From: Phoronis australis
Lineage: Eukaryota; Animalia; Phoronida
NCBI GenBank assembly: GCA_002633005.1
Contig: NMRA01000104.1
Location: 494,841-558,840, forward strand
Direction of reading: 5' to 3'
Length of the DNA stretch: 64,000 nucleotides
The translations under genes were made by a program, and so were the position numbers. The notes beneath the pieces were generated by a model. The model had not been told where the DNA came from. It saw only the letters and a list, made by a program, of their open reading frames with translations, and did no database searches. How positions within the stretch are numbered: position 1 is the stretch's first letter; every line of letters begins with the position of its first letter. Of this stretch, positions 26,901 through 40,862 are shown piece after piece.

Positions 26901-29121
26901 TGCAAACAGAAATGAGTCCTTTTGTAGATTTCCAACACAAAAAGTGAACCCTTTCGTAGGATCACCCATCAAAGTAGCGCACCTCTTATACCCGCTCCTT
27001 TCTGTGTACATTACCTGCAGTGGACAAAATATTGTTATCAAGTGGACCACAAAAAAATCAAGAAAACCCGCGTACTTAAGCTGCTGTAAACCAGAGTTCC
27101 GTCCAAGAAAGTAACTTTTGACTTAAATAATGTATTGGTATAACATTGGTCTCAAATGAAAATTGATTTCAGGGTTTGCATACAAATTGACTGTTTGTTA
27201 TTCGTTGAAAGCGTGCTGGACCCATAAAATGACGTGCCGTGACTTGCCAACTTGTAAAGCTTGATCTCAGGCAATGACGAAGTGACAATTCTTTTGAAGT
27301 CCTAATGCGATCTATAATTTGACTACAGGAATAAATTCCGGACTAATTTCATAACGGTAAGTGTACTAAGTCAATTTGTATTTTGTGATCGAAGGAGGGT
27401 TTATTGCTGAATTTATGTGTTGTTATAACTGTGTACGCATAGATGCCGGACAAGTAAACGTCGCTGATAACAGGAGTCACCTCTCAGTTACCAAAAAAGT
27501 TTAGTGGTATAATTTTAGCACACCACTGCTTGGAAATAATGGGTTCAAATATTCTCAGTAAGTACAGTTACTGGTATATTTAGTTTTGCTAAAGTGAGTT
27601 TCAATTATTTTTCAGAAATAGTTACCGGTATGTTGACTGTAAGACTAAATTTAAACTCGTGAAGCTGATTCTAGGTTTATGGATGTTGGCAGTAACACAA
27701 AAGCTGACCTTGCGCTTGGCAGTTGTGTGAGCGTGCACCACAATGTCGGCCCTAGCACGTGACTTCCTTCTCAGACGGTGCAGAATATACAAAAGCATGC
27801 CCGTTATGACGGCAGATGTACCAAACGTCAAAGCGATTCCAAGCCCCACGAGGTATACACGCCTGACATCTAGTGGCCACCTTCCGAGACATTCAGTCTG
27901 TTGGAACACTGGGTTCCTTTCCACGCGGGCATACAATGCATACGGAAGCGACACAATGCAAGATGTTACGAAAATGGACGCCATGTTTGCAAATGGTTTC
28001 TTCTGGGTGAAAGGTCGACTGCCTGGATTCAATGTCACCAGAAATCGGTCCACGGCGATTATTGTCATGGTAACAATGGTATCTGACGTGATGACGGCTG
28101 TAACGGAAACCAATTAAAATAATTTGTTCGCCAAAGTCGATATCACCATCAGCCGTATACATATGCGTAATCTCTGCAAGGCCTGCGAATAGTCTATACA
28201 CACCCGTTTTTGCGTTCACCAGAGAAGTAAACCTTTATTTTTCACGTAAACATCGGGCACACATTGCATGTTTCCTTATTTACCGCTGCGGCATTATTTT
28301 ATTTAGACGATAGTTGCATTAAGCCCGAGAAAAGCAGATAAGTCCCTCCTCTCAAAGACATCCGTTAAAATTGGTAAGTGTACGTACACGACACTGATTA
28401 TAGATGAGACAACAGGAAAGCGTTAGGAGATTTGGGAAAGTAATTGGGCGTAACTTGTTGACACTGTCTTGCTGATAGGTTAAAGTCTGAAACCTTGCCA
28501 TTAATTACTGGGTGCTAAAACTTTAACACGATCGAATTAAATATAACATTTTTATTCGAAAGCTTTATATGACATTTTTGTGTGATTTGCAGTGTTCCAC
28601 CACTGCACGTAATGTCCACATGACATTGTGTGGAATGTGTATTTGAATGGCTGCTAATGCAACCGAACACGTTTGTGATGAAATAAACCACCCCGTGGGA
28701 CATATCAACAGACCAGCAGTAAACAACAGACATAATAGAAGGTCTTACCTCTTAGCCATAGGTAAAACGTGCAATAGTTTTCGCCGAACGTCCACTCGAT
28801 ATTAACTGTTTTGACGAGTGAGGCCCACATACAAAAAATCACAGAAACAACGTCAAAGAATGCGAGACTGTAGATGTAAAAATTGATAGCAGTTCGCATC
28901 CGCCGGTGTCGTGGAATCGTCACCAAAAGAAGCCCGTTGCCTGTGACAATAGTCGTCATGGTCACGCAGTAAAGAATTGTCACAAGAGCGACTTCTGTTG
29001 AACCCAACTGAGGCGCCACCTGTTTCAAAATTCGGGTAAGGTTTTCTCGTTGATAACTCAACAGTTCTTTACGCCTAGCTTCGATGTTAATATTGTCCCT
29101 CATTTCAAAGTCTATATTCAT
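11942..29121 (-). CDS. GPCR-1: class A peptide-receptor-like GPCR, ~374 aa; exons 29121-28749, 28097-27709, 26568-26470, 12205-11942
   Basis: TM1 GN, MRTAINFYIYSLAFFD, WTFGENYC, IAVDRF, TM6 FVLCLIP (exon missing from the ORF track), TM7 LNPVIY plus helix 8. All junctions are GT-AG with phases 1,0,0 and total 1125 nt. The link to the last exon spans a 14.3-kb intron and is inferred from phase and motif complementarity. Confidence 0.85.
14561..14878. mobile_element. MITE, same family as 16095-20111 (IS3EU-like end), degenerate left end
   Basis: Left CCAGGTTCTTAAACGAGTACCTTTCTG..TGTGCTT..GCGTAGTTT is an imperfect inverse of right AAACTACGC..AAGCACA..CAGAAAGGTACGGATTTAAGAGCCCTTGGCGCTTCATA. Confidence 0.7.
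17620..18485. mobile_element. Kolobok-like non-autonomous DNA transposon inserted in the LINE RT (contains the N gap)
   Basis: TIR AGTCCTTGT...ACAAGGACT flanked by a TTAA TSD (17616-17619, 18486-18489). Removing it restores the RT frame DHTILLKKLKGYG. TTAA with purine-purine termini fits Kolobok rather than piggyBac (CC termini). Confidence 0.85.
17973..18154. other. Assembly gap (182 N)
   Basis: Run of n seen directly. Confidence 1.
23052..23781 (-). CDS. Small predicted secreted 2xEF-hand Ca2+-binding protein, 89 aa; coding exons 23781-23720 and 23259-23052; probable 5'UTR exon ending at 23919
   Basis: tttcag|ATG..MLILVLSLSFLAFPVFGENL AG|gtaagt joins phase-2 to tttcag|G TTT TCG. Two canonical 12-residue loops, DSNGDGLVDVKE and DLDKDGAIDRIE. 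An upstream donor GGG|gtaagt lies at 23919/23918. Confidence 0.85.
25138..25285. mobile_element. GC-rich MITE (hAT-like ends) with 5-bp TSD
   Basis: Ends TAGCGGCGGAT...ATCCGCCACTG. ATGAT is directly repeated at 25133-25137 and 25286-25290. Confidence 0.7.
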
Positions 29122-30599
29122 GATGGACAATGACTTGATGCTGTAGTCCACAATATATAATACATTCAAATGTCCTGTTCGTGTTACTCACTGATGTATT
29201 ACACTGAGTGGTTACTACGTTCCTATGAACCTTTTAAGTACTGTTTTAATAATATTCTTTACAAATGAACATCGTCTCACTTGAAATGATAGTAACCAGT
29301 ACTACGTAACTGAAATGTATTCAGACAAGTGTTCGACATACAATAATTTAGACGATAATCACGGAAACCAACCATCGCCTCTTGTGAAAAGTTAATTAAT
29401 ATAAGAACGGTGTTAAGGGTTTATTGAAGTCGGCAACGAAAAACATTTTGATCCACGTATCATATTGTTGACAATTATTACGATTTACGAGCTTGAAAAG
29501 TGTAATAGGCAATAATTAATAAGTTCACAGGTAATTACGTTTTACCTTCATCACAATAGTTAATAATTCTGTGATGTTCACCTTAAGCGATTTCATTATC
29601 AATGAAAAACAAACAGAGCAAAGTAGGGCCACCACAACAACATTCGCGAGAAAATGGGGTTCACTGTAAGAACATAGTACACCAACACTCGAAACAGTCA
29701 TTATCGTCCCCAAACGTTCGTGTAGCTCAAGGGGCAACAATCCCACGCCTTCTCTCTAAAAACAAGTTTTTCATTTAAAATCACGTTCCACTTCAAAAAT
29801 CACTCATATCATGCACCTTATTTCGGTAAGAAAAGATTTCTCATTTTAAGAAGAACTGACATGCCGTTTCTTCTTCAGACCAGGCCCATAAAGTTGCTTG
29901 TCACGCCGGGTTAGTTTGCGTCGCCACGCCAGCGTAGTCGTTGGGTTATTCGATCCCGAATTCAATTCAAATAAATGATAAGAAAGCGAGGACGTCACTT
30001 TGGACGAGCATTACGCCTCTGAAGAGAGTTGTCGCTGTTTACACTATAGCACTGTTTAGAAGCTATATTGGGTTTAAGCAATCGTTAACACTAAACATGA
30101 ACCTAAGCGTACAAATGCTATATGAGACTTTGCGGAATTGTCTGGCCTTTCCGGTCAAACAATATCCGCTGTGTCATAATCTTGCTTGTTTGAGTTGAGC
30201 CCATTTTAGGTTACAGTAGTAATATGGCGTGCGTTAGTGCCACTCTCGTCCCTTGCCTCTGTTGAGGGGTTGGAGCTGAGCACTGAGAGCGGGTCCAGTG
30301 CTACGTCATAGTGATGTTGAAGGAAGCGGAAAGACGAGAGTTCATTCTCTTCTCGTTGACACCGCCTGTGATTGGCTTTGTGATCTAGATCGAATGAAAC
30401 AAGGTGAAAGTTTTTTGCGGTCGAGTAATCTAGTCAAAACCAGTTCAAGAACGCTTCAAGCCTCATGGTTGCTGCGGAATTCGTTTACACAACAATTGCT
30501 ATTGTCACAAAAATCTATCGAGATTTAAAGAGGATTTTATCTAGTTAGAAATAACACAAACTGCAGGTTGTCTGCGAAAACATTCTTCTGAGTTTCGTA

Positions 30600-31860
30600 C
30601 TATTCGCACGCAATAGTGAAAAGTGATGTAAACGGTCCATCAAAATACCCGCTTCTTGGTTATGAATTTTCACTTCCATAGACCAGACACAATATGCGAC
30701 ACAGACTGTGTTCAATGGCGAGTAGGACATGATTGTGTTTGCTCAATGCAAGCGAATGCAGGTCTTTTTCTGTACAATGAGTCCACGCCGTAAAAAAGTA
30801 ATCAACACAGAAGAAGTGAGTGCAAATGATGCACGGATACATTTGAACATATATAATTTCCTTTAGCAGTAATATATGTCCCCGGGAAGTATCATTTTGA
30901 GGCTCCTTTTAGGCTCCCTTTAAGTTATCGGGGAAAATGCCAGTGGTGAGCTTCCGGTGTTAGTGTAAGTCGTGTCAAATGGATCATTTCTTTAAAATAG
31001 ATGCACAGAAAAAGCGCATGTTTCCTTGTTTTGTACTGTTGAAATAAGAGCCTCCAGAGAAGCTGGGTTTGAGACGTGGGTAATCTGCCTGAGTAATGTC
31101 GTTACCTACGTCACGATAACCTTTCCCTAGCTGTATCCGAAAGTAAGCTCGTGTGGTCAAACTTCGAGTGAAGTGGTTTGAAAGGTATTTGTTGACCGTC
31201 CATATACACTGAAAGGAAATTGTTGTTGTACTGTTTGAAATCGAAGCCATTCTTGCTGTGCGTTCCGTTGAAGACATTTATGTAGCGGACTCTGTTCGCA
31301 ACCTGTCCAAGAAACACATTCTGTGGAGTTCCAGACAAGTGACCAACAGGAATGGAAAACAAGCTGCCCTCTACTCGTCTGATGGTTGTACTCTTCTCCA
31401 GTTTTTAATGTGTACCACGTGAACCACGGAACGGAATGTGATCTTCCTGTCTGGCAGTCAGAAAGAGAAACTTCGACCTTAGATTTGAAATCGTTGGTGG
31501 TGCTGGTAGCCAAGAGCGCGAAGGTGTTTTTACATTGGACCAGGCGAATCTTGACATGAACGTTGTTGAGGAGGTACCAGTCATGTTGTAAAGTCTCCCT
31601 AGCACGTTCACATTGGAACTTTCAGCTGTTACATACTTTTGTGTCTTGAATCCAACACTGTCGTTGTCCGCCGTTATTTTATTCGTCGTAATACCGTTTC
31701 TTGGAGAATCAACATTAAAGCACTTCAAGAACCAAACATCTCCGCGTACGGTCAAACCTGTATATCTTATGTAATGTAACGTTGCCAAGTTGGAATCTAT
31801 TGTCAATGATGGTTAAGATATCAATGACGAAGCTTTGTTCCACTGTGTTTATTCTTTATG
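30600..31860 (-). mobile_element. Polinton/Maverick fossil: degraded major capsid protein, possibly followed by a cysteine protease remnant
   Basis: Frameshifted segments KYVTAESSNVNVLGRL, VKIRLV, NVFLGQ, FNG..KNGFDFKQYNNNFLSVYMDGQQIPFKPL and GGSYFNSTKQGNMR match the Polinton MCP pattern in the right order. Downstream SPLNTVCVAYCV weakly resembles the protease Q..S..CG.YC motif. Boundaries are approximate. Confidence 0.75.
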
Positions 31861-33063
31861 ATGCAGTATTCGTTTGTGTGTTGATGTTGTACCTTGCTAA
31901 ATGATAGGAAACAGTGTCATTTTTCAACTCCTATCAAACAACGAAATCACATTCTGTTAGCAGATGACTTTCGTTTTAAACACTCCTGCATTATTTCTGT
32001 TTTATTTTCAAAGGTGACGTGGCTCACCGTTCATTGTCACTTTTTGAGTCAATGATGAGGTTATCTTTCATCACATGCCCCCAAATATCTGTTTTATTTT
32101 CAGGTGTGACGAGACTCACCTCTTTTTTGCTTTTTTATGTCCATCTATTTTAAATAAATGATTCATTTGACACAACTTATTTACAACAGTAAAAACAAAA
32201 AGGCGACGATAAGTCATTTTCTTTACGTGCTCATCACTGGAGGCATTGCTTTTCCAGACACCTAAAAAGGAGCTTAAAGAGGCATGGAACGCGAAATCTC
32301 GTCAAAAATATCCATCTCTAACGTCTACTGCAGAGTTATTCATTTTCCCTTGTGAGGAAATTTCAAAAAAGTCACAAAATGCACAATTTTCAAAATACGC
32401 GCAAAGGAAAAGTTCTGTAGTCACCACAGAGTTCCTAATCTTCCTCCCAGTTATGATAAATGTGCGCATGCGCTCACAGTCATTCGCCAAACAGCTGACT
32501 GACATGAAGGATATTAATCGTTGATTGTCATGTGTGATCGCACTCCGAATCTGGAATTCGGCGCCACAGTGTGAGGCAAGCTAGTAAAGCAATAGATTTC
32601 TAAAGAGAATTCCAAGTGTGTTTTCGAATGTATTTGAATACTACGATACTTTTGTAACTAATTCTAAACATCAACTTCCTCTTGATCGTGCTGCTGCTTG
32701 AAGTCGCCATTGTTTTGTTTTCATCAAATGTCAAAGATCACATTTTCCATTTAAGGGAAATACGCTATGTCTTTGTCTTGCCATATCAAATAAGGAGACG
32801 TACTTTGCCTTGTGGGAGAAAAATCAAAGAACTCACGAGCAGTTGACAGGTCGTTTTTTGAAATTTCAAACTAAAAGAAAAATGCTTTGACGTCAACAGA
32901 AATCTTCTCGAGCAAACCGTAAAATTACCTGGGGAACATGATGAATTGTGTCTCAGTAGCAGAGTGTCACTTTGAATAATGCAATTTAATCTGTTTTCTT
33001 CGCGTTCCCGGCCTCTTTAAAGGAGTTTGAAAATGATACCTCGCAGAGTATACTTCCTCGTGC

Positions 33064-35704
33064 TTAAAACTTCATCTTTTTACCTGACGAAGTTGAGGAG
33101 TCTATCATTGAAATTGTCCACAGCGCACACTTGCATGCTTGCAAGACATGCTTCCGGAACTTCTTGCTGAATCCGCAGTACAAGATGGGATTGAGAACGC
33201 TATTGAAGTAGGTCAGGAAATACACCACTGTTTTGTACCATAGTTTCTGGAACTGACGTGCAATATTTATCAGCACTAGTCCGCCATATTGCGCTCCTGT
33301 GTTAGTAGCGCTCTCGTTCGTTTTGATGGCCATTGTTATTGCTCGATAAGATTTTACTCTCACAATAAACAAGTGTTTCGTTTGTTTAGTATTAAGCTGG
33401 AATTCTTCAAGCTAATTGCGCAGGAATGTAAATTATCAGAATACTATCAAACAGGTTCTGCGTGCTTACTTGTTTGTTTTCACCTGAGTGATGGACTCAA
33501 CGATAGAAGAAGACATTTCATGTAATACTCACGCAGTTAGTAAGCAATCTAGGTGGAAGTGGTAGCGCGTATGGCAGTCGAGAAAAGTTACCTGTGGTAT
33601 TGTTATGGAACGATCCCTCAAAATATCCCATATCACAAACGCTTGCGCAGGAGTCCAACATATGACGAATGCGACAATGATAGGCATTACTAGTTTTGTC
33701 ACCTGTCCAGGTAAAAAACATGAAAGAATCTACAGTTTGCCATATTAATGAAGACATTGATTGACACACTGTTATTTCAATACAATTTTTGTTTACATCA
33801 CTGGAAGATCGTTAGATTGTTTATGTCGTGTTTCTTTATACCAGATGCTAATGAAAACGTAAGTTCAAAATTACAGACACTCTATGGATTACTCTATTTA
33901 GTCATACGCATTTTAGAAACAAAAAAATGCATTTTTAACTGTGACAAATTTTTTTAATTACTTCTATGGAAGCATCCTATTCTTGAAGCACTTGTCGTTG
34001 TAATGGGTATTTTTGAAGAAAATAAAAACAAAATAATCAGTTCGGTCCCATTCTGGTTAAATTGCAAATATACTCTTCATCAGATTATAGTACATTCAAA
34101 GGTAATTTCAAATTGTATGATGGAGTCAACTTTAAGAAGTAGGCTGGCAAAATGTGCAAGCTCTCACACCAGTGGTTGTTCGTGAATTTCAAAAAGACCG
34201 CCTTTTCATTACCTTTCTGGTGTGCTTGATTTGCTGGTCCCACGTGTTTTCTGTGGAAGTGACCACGACTCTTCTCCTCCAAAGAATTGCACCAATGACA
34301 GAATATGCAATGAGCATAATGCAGAGTGGCAAGGCGTACACAACGAAAAACTGTACGTAGAAGAATGTCACTCCAGATGGATCCGATTCACAATCCGTAG
34401 ATGTGTAACGCCGCGGCCAGGTTTTTTGGCACCATTTTTCTAGACGGTTAGCCCACTGGTGTTCAAAATATTCCACAAAGACGACTGGCCCGATACTGAA
34501 GGCAACCGCTGTGAACCAGATAAAGACAATGGAAGAGACAACGAAACGTTTTTTGCTTAGTGTGAGGTGTCTCAGCGGGAAAACAAGTGCCACCATTCGC
34601 TCCAAGGATATAGCCGCAAGCGTAAGGTTGCTGGACACCATGGCAAGGACTGAAAGAACAAATACACATTTCGTTGTAGATCAGACAACTAGTTTATAAA
34701 ACAAGAGCGTTCGAAAAACTCGCTGAAAGCCGAAAACTTAACGATGTCAATTGAAACTACCTGGGAACCTAGGTTTGCATTGGCAGTGTTCAAATGTGAA
34801 CACGTTTTTGCGACATTGGCCCAGATAGGTCCTCATTTTACGGTACACGCACGTCTCTCCGAGTACTCTGTGACAAAATTGTTGATGTCTTCGATGTTCA
34901 TTAATTCAAAATTAGAAAGAAGAACTTATACCCCCAGTTATCGGCGTTTAGATAGTTGTTACTGTTTGCTAGCAACTAAAATAATATTTTGAGATCACGT
35001 AACACTTCGCTTTCTGCAGTTGTCATTCGTGTTCCACTGGAAGGTCGCACATCTTTCTAATCGCGTCGTGACCTTAGATTTCGTTCGACGAGCAAATTTG
35101 AAGTTTACATCGGCAAGGCACTACTTGTGTTGTATTTGACCAGCTAGCTGTCATGCACGTTTCCTTGGAAAACGCTGCACAACGCCTGCGTCCTCGCTTG
35201 CTGTTTTATGTTTCAGTTTCATCCGTTGTCTTATCTCAAAAACCAAGTTTCAATTTAGTACGATACATGTAGCTTACCTGGAATGAATGTTTGGAGTTTA
35301 CATCCAAATTCTCCAAAGGGATATTCAGCGGCTATATTCTCACCCAACGGAAGCCACATCATGATACCCACAACCAAATCAGCCACGGCAAGATTAAGTA
35401 GGAGATAGTTCACAACAGATCTCATAGACTTTGCTTTGGCGAGAACATATATTACCAAAATGTTGCCAGCTAGACACATAATAATGCTCAGCACATAGAC
35501 AATAGCGATGGCTGTCATAACTCCTGCGGAATACGTCTCCGCTTGCACAGGCGCCGGCAACGATGTCTGGGCGAAATTTGGTGCTTTTGGCACCCAATCG
35601 CCAACGGTACAGTGACGGTCTACATGCGGTGTCAACGTCCCATTTGAAATGCTGTCTATAGACATAATCTCTTCATAGTCATTTAACTTTGACGTATTAT
35701 ACAT
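33064..35704 (-). CDS. GPCR-2: class A peptide-receptor-like GPCR, ~387 aa; exons 35704-35278, 34649-34213, 33702-33592, 33252(or 33246)-33064
   Basis: GNILV, NLAVAD, PFGEFGCK, ISLERM, FVICWTP (exon missing from the ORF track), FNSVLNPILY, SKKFRK. GT-AG junctions with phases 1,0,0 total 1164 nt. Confidence 0.93.
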
Positions 35705-36063
35705 GTTAACTCAGTCGCTGAACCGTACAAACGCAGATTGTGAAAAAATAAACTGATGCGAAGAAAAGGAGAAATCAAAATTTCCAGTTCCAAACTATTA
35801 TGCAAATTCCCTTCAGTACAGTATACGTGACAACCGGAAGTTAAGTACAGTTCAATGCCAGTGACCTGAAAACAGGGTGCGACAAAAGCATGCAATCAGG
35901 AAATCTGACTGGTCTCTCGCGAAGGGGTTCACTGCACAATAAGAATTAAGTTTGCAAACTATTTTGAAACGTTACTGATGTTTTGTTTTAAACCTTTGGA
36001 AATCCTTATTCTCTCAAGAACGGGACTGTACTCTATATTTTAAAGCATCACCTGTATCAATTT

Positions 36064-36310
36064 CATGCGCGCACCCAGCCTTTAATATGGAGGACTCGAA
36101 TCTCGAAGTGGACCTTTTGCTAACAAAAAAGCGGAAGGACTAAAAAAAACGGAGTACCATCTTCAGGTCTGTGAACTGTGCGTCTGCGCCTTTTTAGTGT
36201 ATTTTTGTCTCGTTTACTCGGACTTTTTCTCTGAGGCGGACCTTTTTACCCACTTCGCCAAATGGGGGGGCTCCTTCGAGCCCCCTACCCCTCCCCTGGG
36301 TGAGCGCATG
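36064..36310. mobile_element. MITE with 15-bp TIR and 5-bp TSD (hAT5-like)
   Basis: CATGCGCGCACCCAG...CTGGGTGAGCGCATG (1 mismatch). AATTT is repeated at 36059-36063 and 36311-36315. Confidence 0.8.
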
Positions 36311-38854
36311 AATTTAGAGGACCTACCTAAGTGCGTGATTTTGGAAATACGCGTGTGTACTTGTCACGAAAAACATCTCCATCAAGGCAGCTCTGCAGCT
36401 CTGTATATAAAATCTAACGATTCTGTGAATGATAGGTTACGCATTTTGAAAAATGGACGTGATTGAATTATACATTAAGTGAAATTGACAACTAAATATA
36501 ACATTTTCCGTGTTGCGCGTTACTGAAATAGTTTCCGTGTTAGTACTAATCAAACTGTATACTTCGACATATGTAACATATAAAGCAATGTCATAGCTGG
36601 AAAAATAATAAAAAATAAAGTAGCCAAGCAAAGTATATTTTCAAGAAACGTTTCAACTGCTAACCAATGACAAAATAGAAATGGCGACAATTCGGTCCCA
36701 ATCATTGTAATATCATTGGAATGTTGTCAAGATTAAAAATGTCAATATCAGCTCAGAATAAATCGCTGCTGACGAGAAGAAATTGATGATAATGAACTTC
36801 ACTCCTAGACCGTGAACATTTATGATGTTTATTTAAAAATGCACAAATTTCCAGAACCGTTATTCAAGCAATTTGGAACTGGATAAAGAAATCCATCTAA
36901 CCAGGAACTGGCAGGCCGATCTCAAACTTAAAATGTTAATTAAGGTTCGCATTGCCTCCTAAAATGTAAGCTTTGTTATGTTTTGGTCGGTTTATAACCA
37001 AATTTTTATTGTTCAAGTTGTCAACAAACCTTGCCAAGATATTTCAAAAACCATATAAACTGCAGAGTTTTGGTGAAATAAATAGCAGCTGTAACACGTA
37101 TTGTGTGTTGGGACACCTGATACTCGCACTTACACCTAAGTACCACCCATACGAGGCTTTATTCCCTTATACTTGGCATCCCTGATATTTTACCAGTTGC
37201 AGACCAAATTTTAACGAAACATGTATAGCATATGCTAAATTGAATATAGGCCTATCTACATGCTATGATCTTTCAAATTCACCCTGTACCGTTTGTCATT
37301 TATATTCCTTTTAACAACGTAGCAACACTTAAGTTTGCCCTATACGAAAGACGGTCAATGGAGACAAAATGATCTCAACAGTCACGGAGTACATGAAGCA
37401 TGTCACGACTCGAGAGCTGAGAAAACGTCGGCGAATTTGTAGATTATTAATTAACGATGACGTCATGGCAACTCCTCGATTCACAGTACACTGCAAGTAC
37501 ATGTATATGATGTTAAGCAACCACGGGCTTTTTATCAATGTTAATGTTTCTTCTATACGTAAGGATGTTAAGCCCTGTTTTGGTGATTTCAATCATTCCT
37601 CGTTCTAGCACCTGCTTATGAGTCATTGGCGTCCTACTCGAGTGATAAAAGCTAAACTGAAAACTATAATGTGCCGGTTTTTGGTCGGTGGTCTTCCCTT
37701 ACGCATGGTACTTATGTATTGTAGGTCACGCTTGCACGTTTTACAGACTTTGTAAGGAATTTCTAAAGTTTGCTCGAAATATTTGAGAGTTGTCAATTTT
37801 TACAGAGCGATCTTTTATAAGAACCAGATGCAAAAATCACATTTAATAGCTGTTCAGAAACCAAAACCGGGTTTGGTATTTAGCAAAACCATCATTCGAT
37901 TTAGACCACTTCCTGTTGTAAAAGTGGTCTCATCTTTTGCCTTACTCAGATTAAAAATTGTGTCCAGGCTTGAGAACTGAAAGGCCGCCAGACTAGGACT
38001 GTTAAGTTGTTTGTAAGCGGGTTAGTTTCATTAATGAGCTTTTAATCGCCTAAGTAATATGACCGTAAAAGGAATTTCAGGGGATTTTTTGATCGACTTT
38101 AATTTAAGTAAAATATAACAACGCGATGACGCTACTTCAACAGCCCAAGTACGTCGGTGAAGTACGTCGGTGATGTTTTTAAGACCATGAATTACAGACA
38201 TAAAACTTTTGGCACGAAACTAGCAATTTCTATTCCATTAGCAATAAAAGCGTGCGGTGAGATTTTCTATTATAGTGTTTTTTGAAAAGCGAATTACCGA
38301 ATGTTTAACATTGAACCATATTGGCAAATACAATGGGTTATTCGGCCTGGTTCTCTAGAATTTACACGTCCATTTTGGAAATCACATTTTTCATTACCTT
38401 TAATTTTATTAAACAAACGAAGCCCATGTTCTAAAGTAAAAATTGGCGAATACGCAAACTAATTTGTTGTGTTTCACTGTCGCTCGTCGAATTTTTGTTC
38501 TTACTAGTATGTTTGTTCCCGAGGTTTAAACTGCCACATCGTTCTATTTTTGAATTTTTATTGCCATTTTAATTAAAATTCACATCGCTGCTTTCGAGTG
38601 TTTTACACTGCGCGTCTCACATTCTAACTTAGTCATTCAGCGAACCTTGTAAGGGCGTTCCATCGTGAATTAAGCCCCTCCCCTCTGTACTGACAGTGCA
38701 GCATAATTGGTTGCGTTAAAATGCGTGCTGACAAGTATCTTATACTGCCGTTGACGTCATTCGACGCATTTTTACTTGTGAACAAACATCCAGAAAGATA
38801 GAATTGTTCCACTAGGTAGATGAATGTAAATGACAAGTGGAAAATTTGTCAAAG

Positions 38855-38860
38855 TTTATT
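38855..38860 (-). promoter_or_regulatory. Candidate poly(A) signal of ZDHHC6 (implies a ~2-kb 3'UTR)
   Basis: AATAAA on the - strand, at about the point where the CpG-poor domain ends. Confidence 0.4.
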
Positions 38861-40862
38861 CAACATGAGCAAAACAAAAAAAAATCGCCTACTTTAATGA
38901 AAACTACATCCCGATGTCTATGTTATATAACAGCACATTCTAAATGTATGTAATACACTGTAGATGAAAATAAATAGGATATTTCAGCACACCCTTGAGA
39001 CTTTGAGTGACGACAGAATTACTAAAAAGATATTATATAAATCTTGGACATATGATGTTAAACAGTTGTTTGATATTGGCATTCAGTCTTAGTTTCAAAA
39101 TTTAAGTGGTTGCCATATAGATGTCCAGAGAAATTGTTTGAACGCTGAAAAATGTATGGGCTGAATCCATAATAGCCAAGACTAAGCTAAGAACGTATCT
39201 ATAATTTAAAAATGGAGTACACAACCAAACAGCACAATATGAAAACTAATTTGTCACCCTCCGAGTGGGATATCCAGAAATCAACACTGTATGCCAAACT
39301 TCAGGAACATCAGTCAAGGAACTTGTTGGGTATTGAGGTAAGCACAAAAAATGCCACTATGGGGCACCATAGTAGTTGGAACTGGCAATCAATGACACCC
39401 TGCTCTCCTCAATTGGAAGACACAAGGGAAATTTCATAAGGACCCAACAAACAAACTTGGTAGATATTCAGGTAGATTCGAAGAAAATTCAGATTGCCAG
39501 CAGAGGGTGTAACAGTTGCCTGAAAGTTAATGCTAACGATGTTTCCTTAGTGGGAACACATCTGGCAATAATAGTTCTTCAAGTTGTGGGGCAGATAGCG
39601 AGGCAGATACCAAAAACTGAGAGAACAATAATACAAAATAACCAATAGGATGGGGATAGAAATCGTCTGAAACTGGGCAGGAGACATCCTCTGCTTCATA
39701 CAAAATTATCTTCTAGACTTCATAGATATCCATCATAGAACTTGTTAGATATTGTGGAAGAAGCAAAAAATATATAATTGTCACTAGAGGGCGCCCCAGT
39801 ATTTGGACATGTCTGAAAATCAATACTAATCATGCTCTTCTAGAAAATTTTGTTGAAGATCCATAAAGGAGTTTAGTAGATACTGCGGCAATGGCAATAA
39901 AAATGCTACTAGGACAACGTTTTCAACAACAAGAGCAAATATGCCAACATTCAAAATGATCTTTCAAGTAGTTTAATGAAAATAAAAACCTATCCCTGGC
40001 ACACAACACATTGAATCTGTTTGAAATTGAGGTGTCACAGTCATCTCAATGAAAACGAATTTTGACAAATTTAAAAAATGGTCAAGGAACCTGGTAGATA
40101 CAAACGAAAAAGTAAAAAAATAAATTGTCGAGGATCAGCTGCAGTAATGCGCCTGGTCCAAACCTAGTCTTCAGCTGTCATAGGAACACATCTGCCAGAT
40201 CTCATGAAGATCCTGCAGAGGTATAAAAGATACAGCAGTGAACACTGGATGACAGACACCCAGAGATGACGGCAATATGCAAACACGTGTAAACGTGGGC
40301 ATATAACAAAGGCAGTGCATATCTCACCACAACATATATGGGAAATGTAAAATAGTTGTGCTGCTGTTGTTTCAGGCTTTGCATTAGGATTGTCCACACT
40401 CCAACATGACATAACCCAATATGGAGTTGGAAAAAAAGAAGAGGTCATGGTGGTATGACACCCTCACATGAGTAACTGGTACTAGTGACAGGATAAAACA
40501 AGATGGACACCCAATAAGTAAAACCTTGTTTCAAAGAAGAAAATAACCTCAAACAAAATTAAATCCAAAACGATGATAAACAACAAGAATGTGTTAGCGA
40601 ATGGTATGGTAATGTAGTACACTTGTACACAGACATTTGTTTCCAGAGTATGTAATAACTTATAAATAATTTGTCACAAAACAGTGTATGACTGACCGAC
40701 AGCTTTGCCAGCTTCCTGGTATGCATACAAAGGCACACAGACACTGATAAATAAGGACACAGCGTTATGACTGAAAGACTCCTTGTTTGTGCCCCATTCC
40801 CCATCTGTATCAGTGTTCAGCTCCTCCATCCCTTGACCTTTGACCCTTCACCACGTCAATCC

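Noticed and set aside
39781-39795. CTCF-like motif TCACTAGAGGGCGC
   Set aside because: A single motif match in probable repeat-derived UTR sequence is not supportable without binding data.
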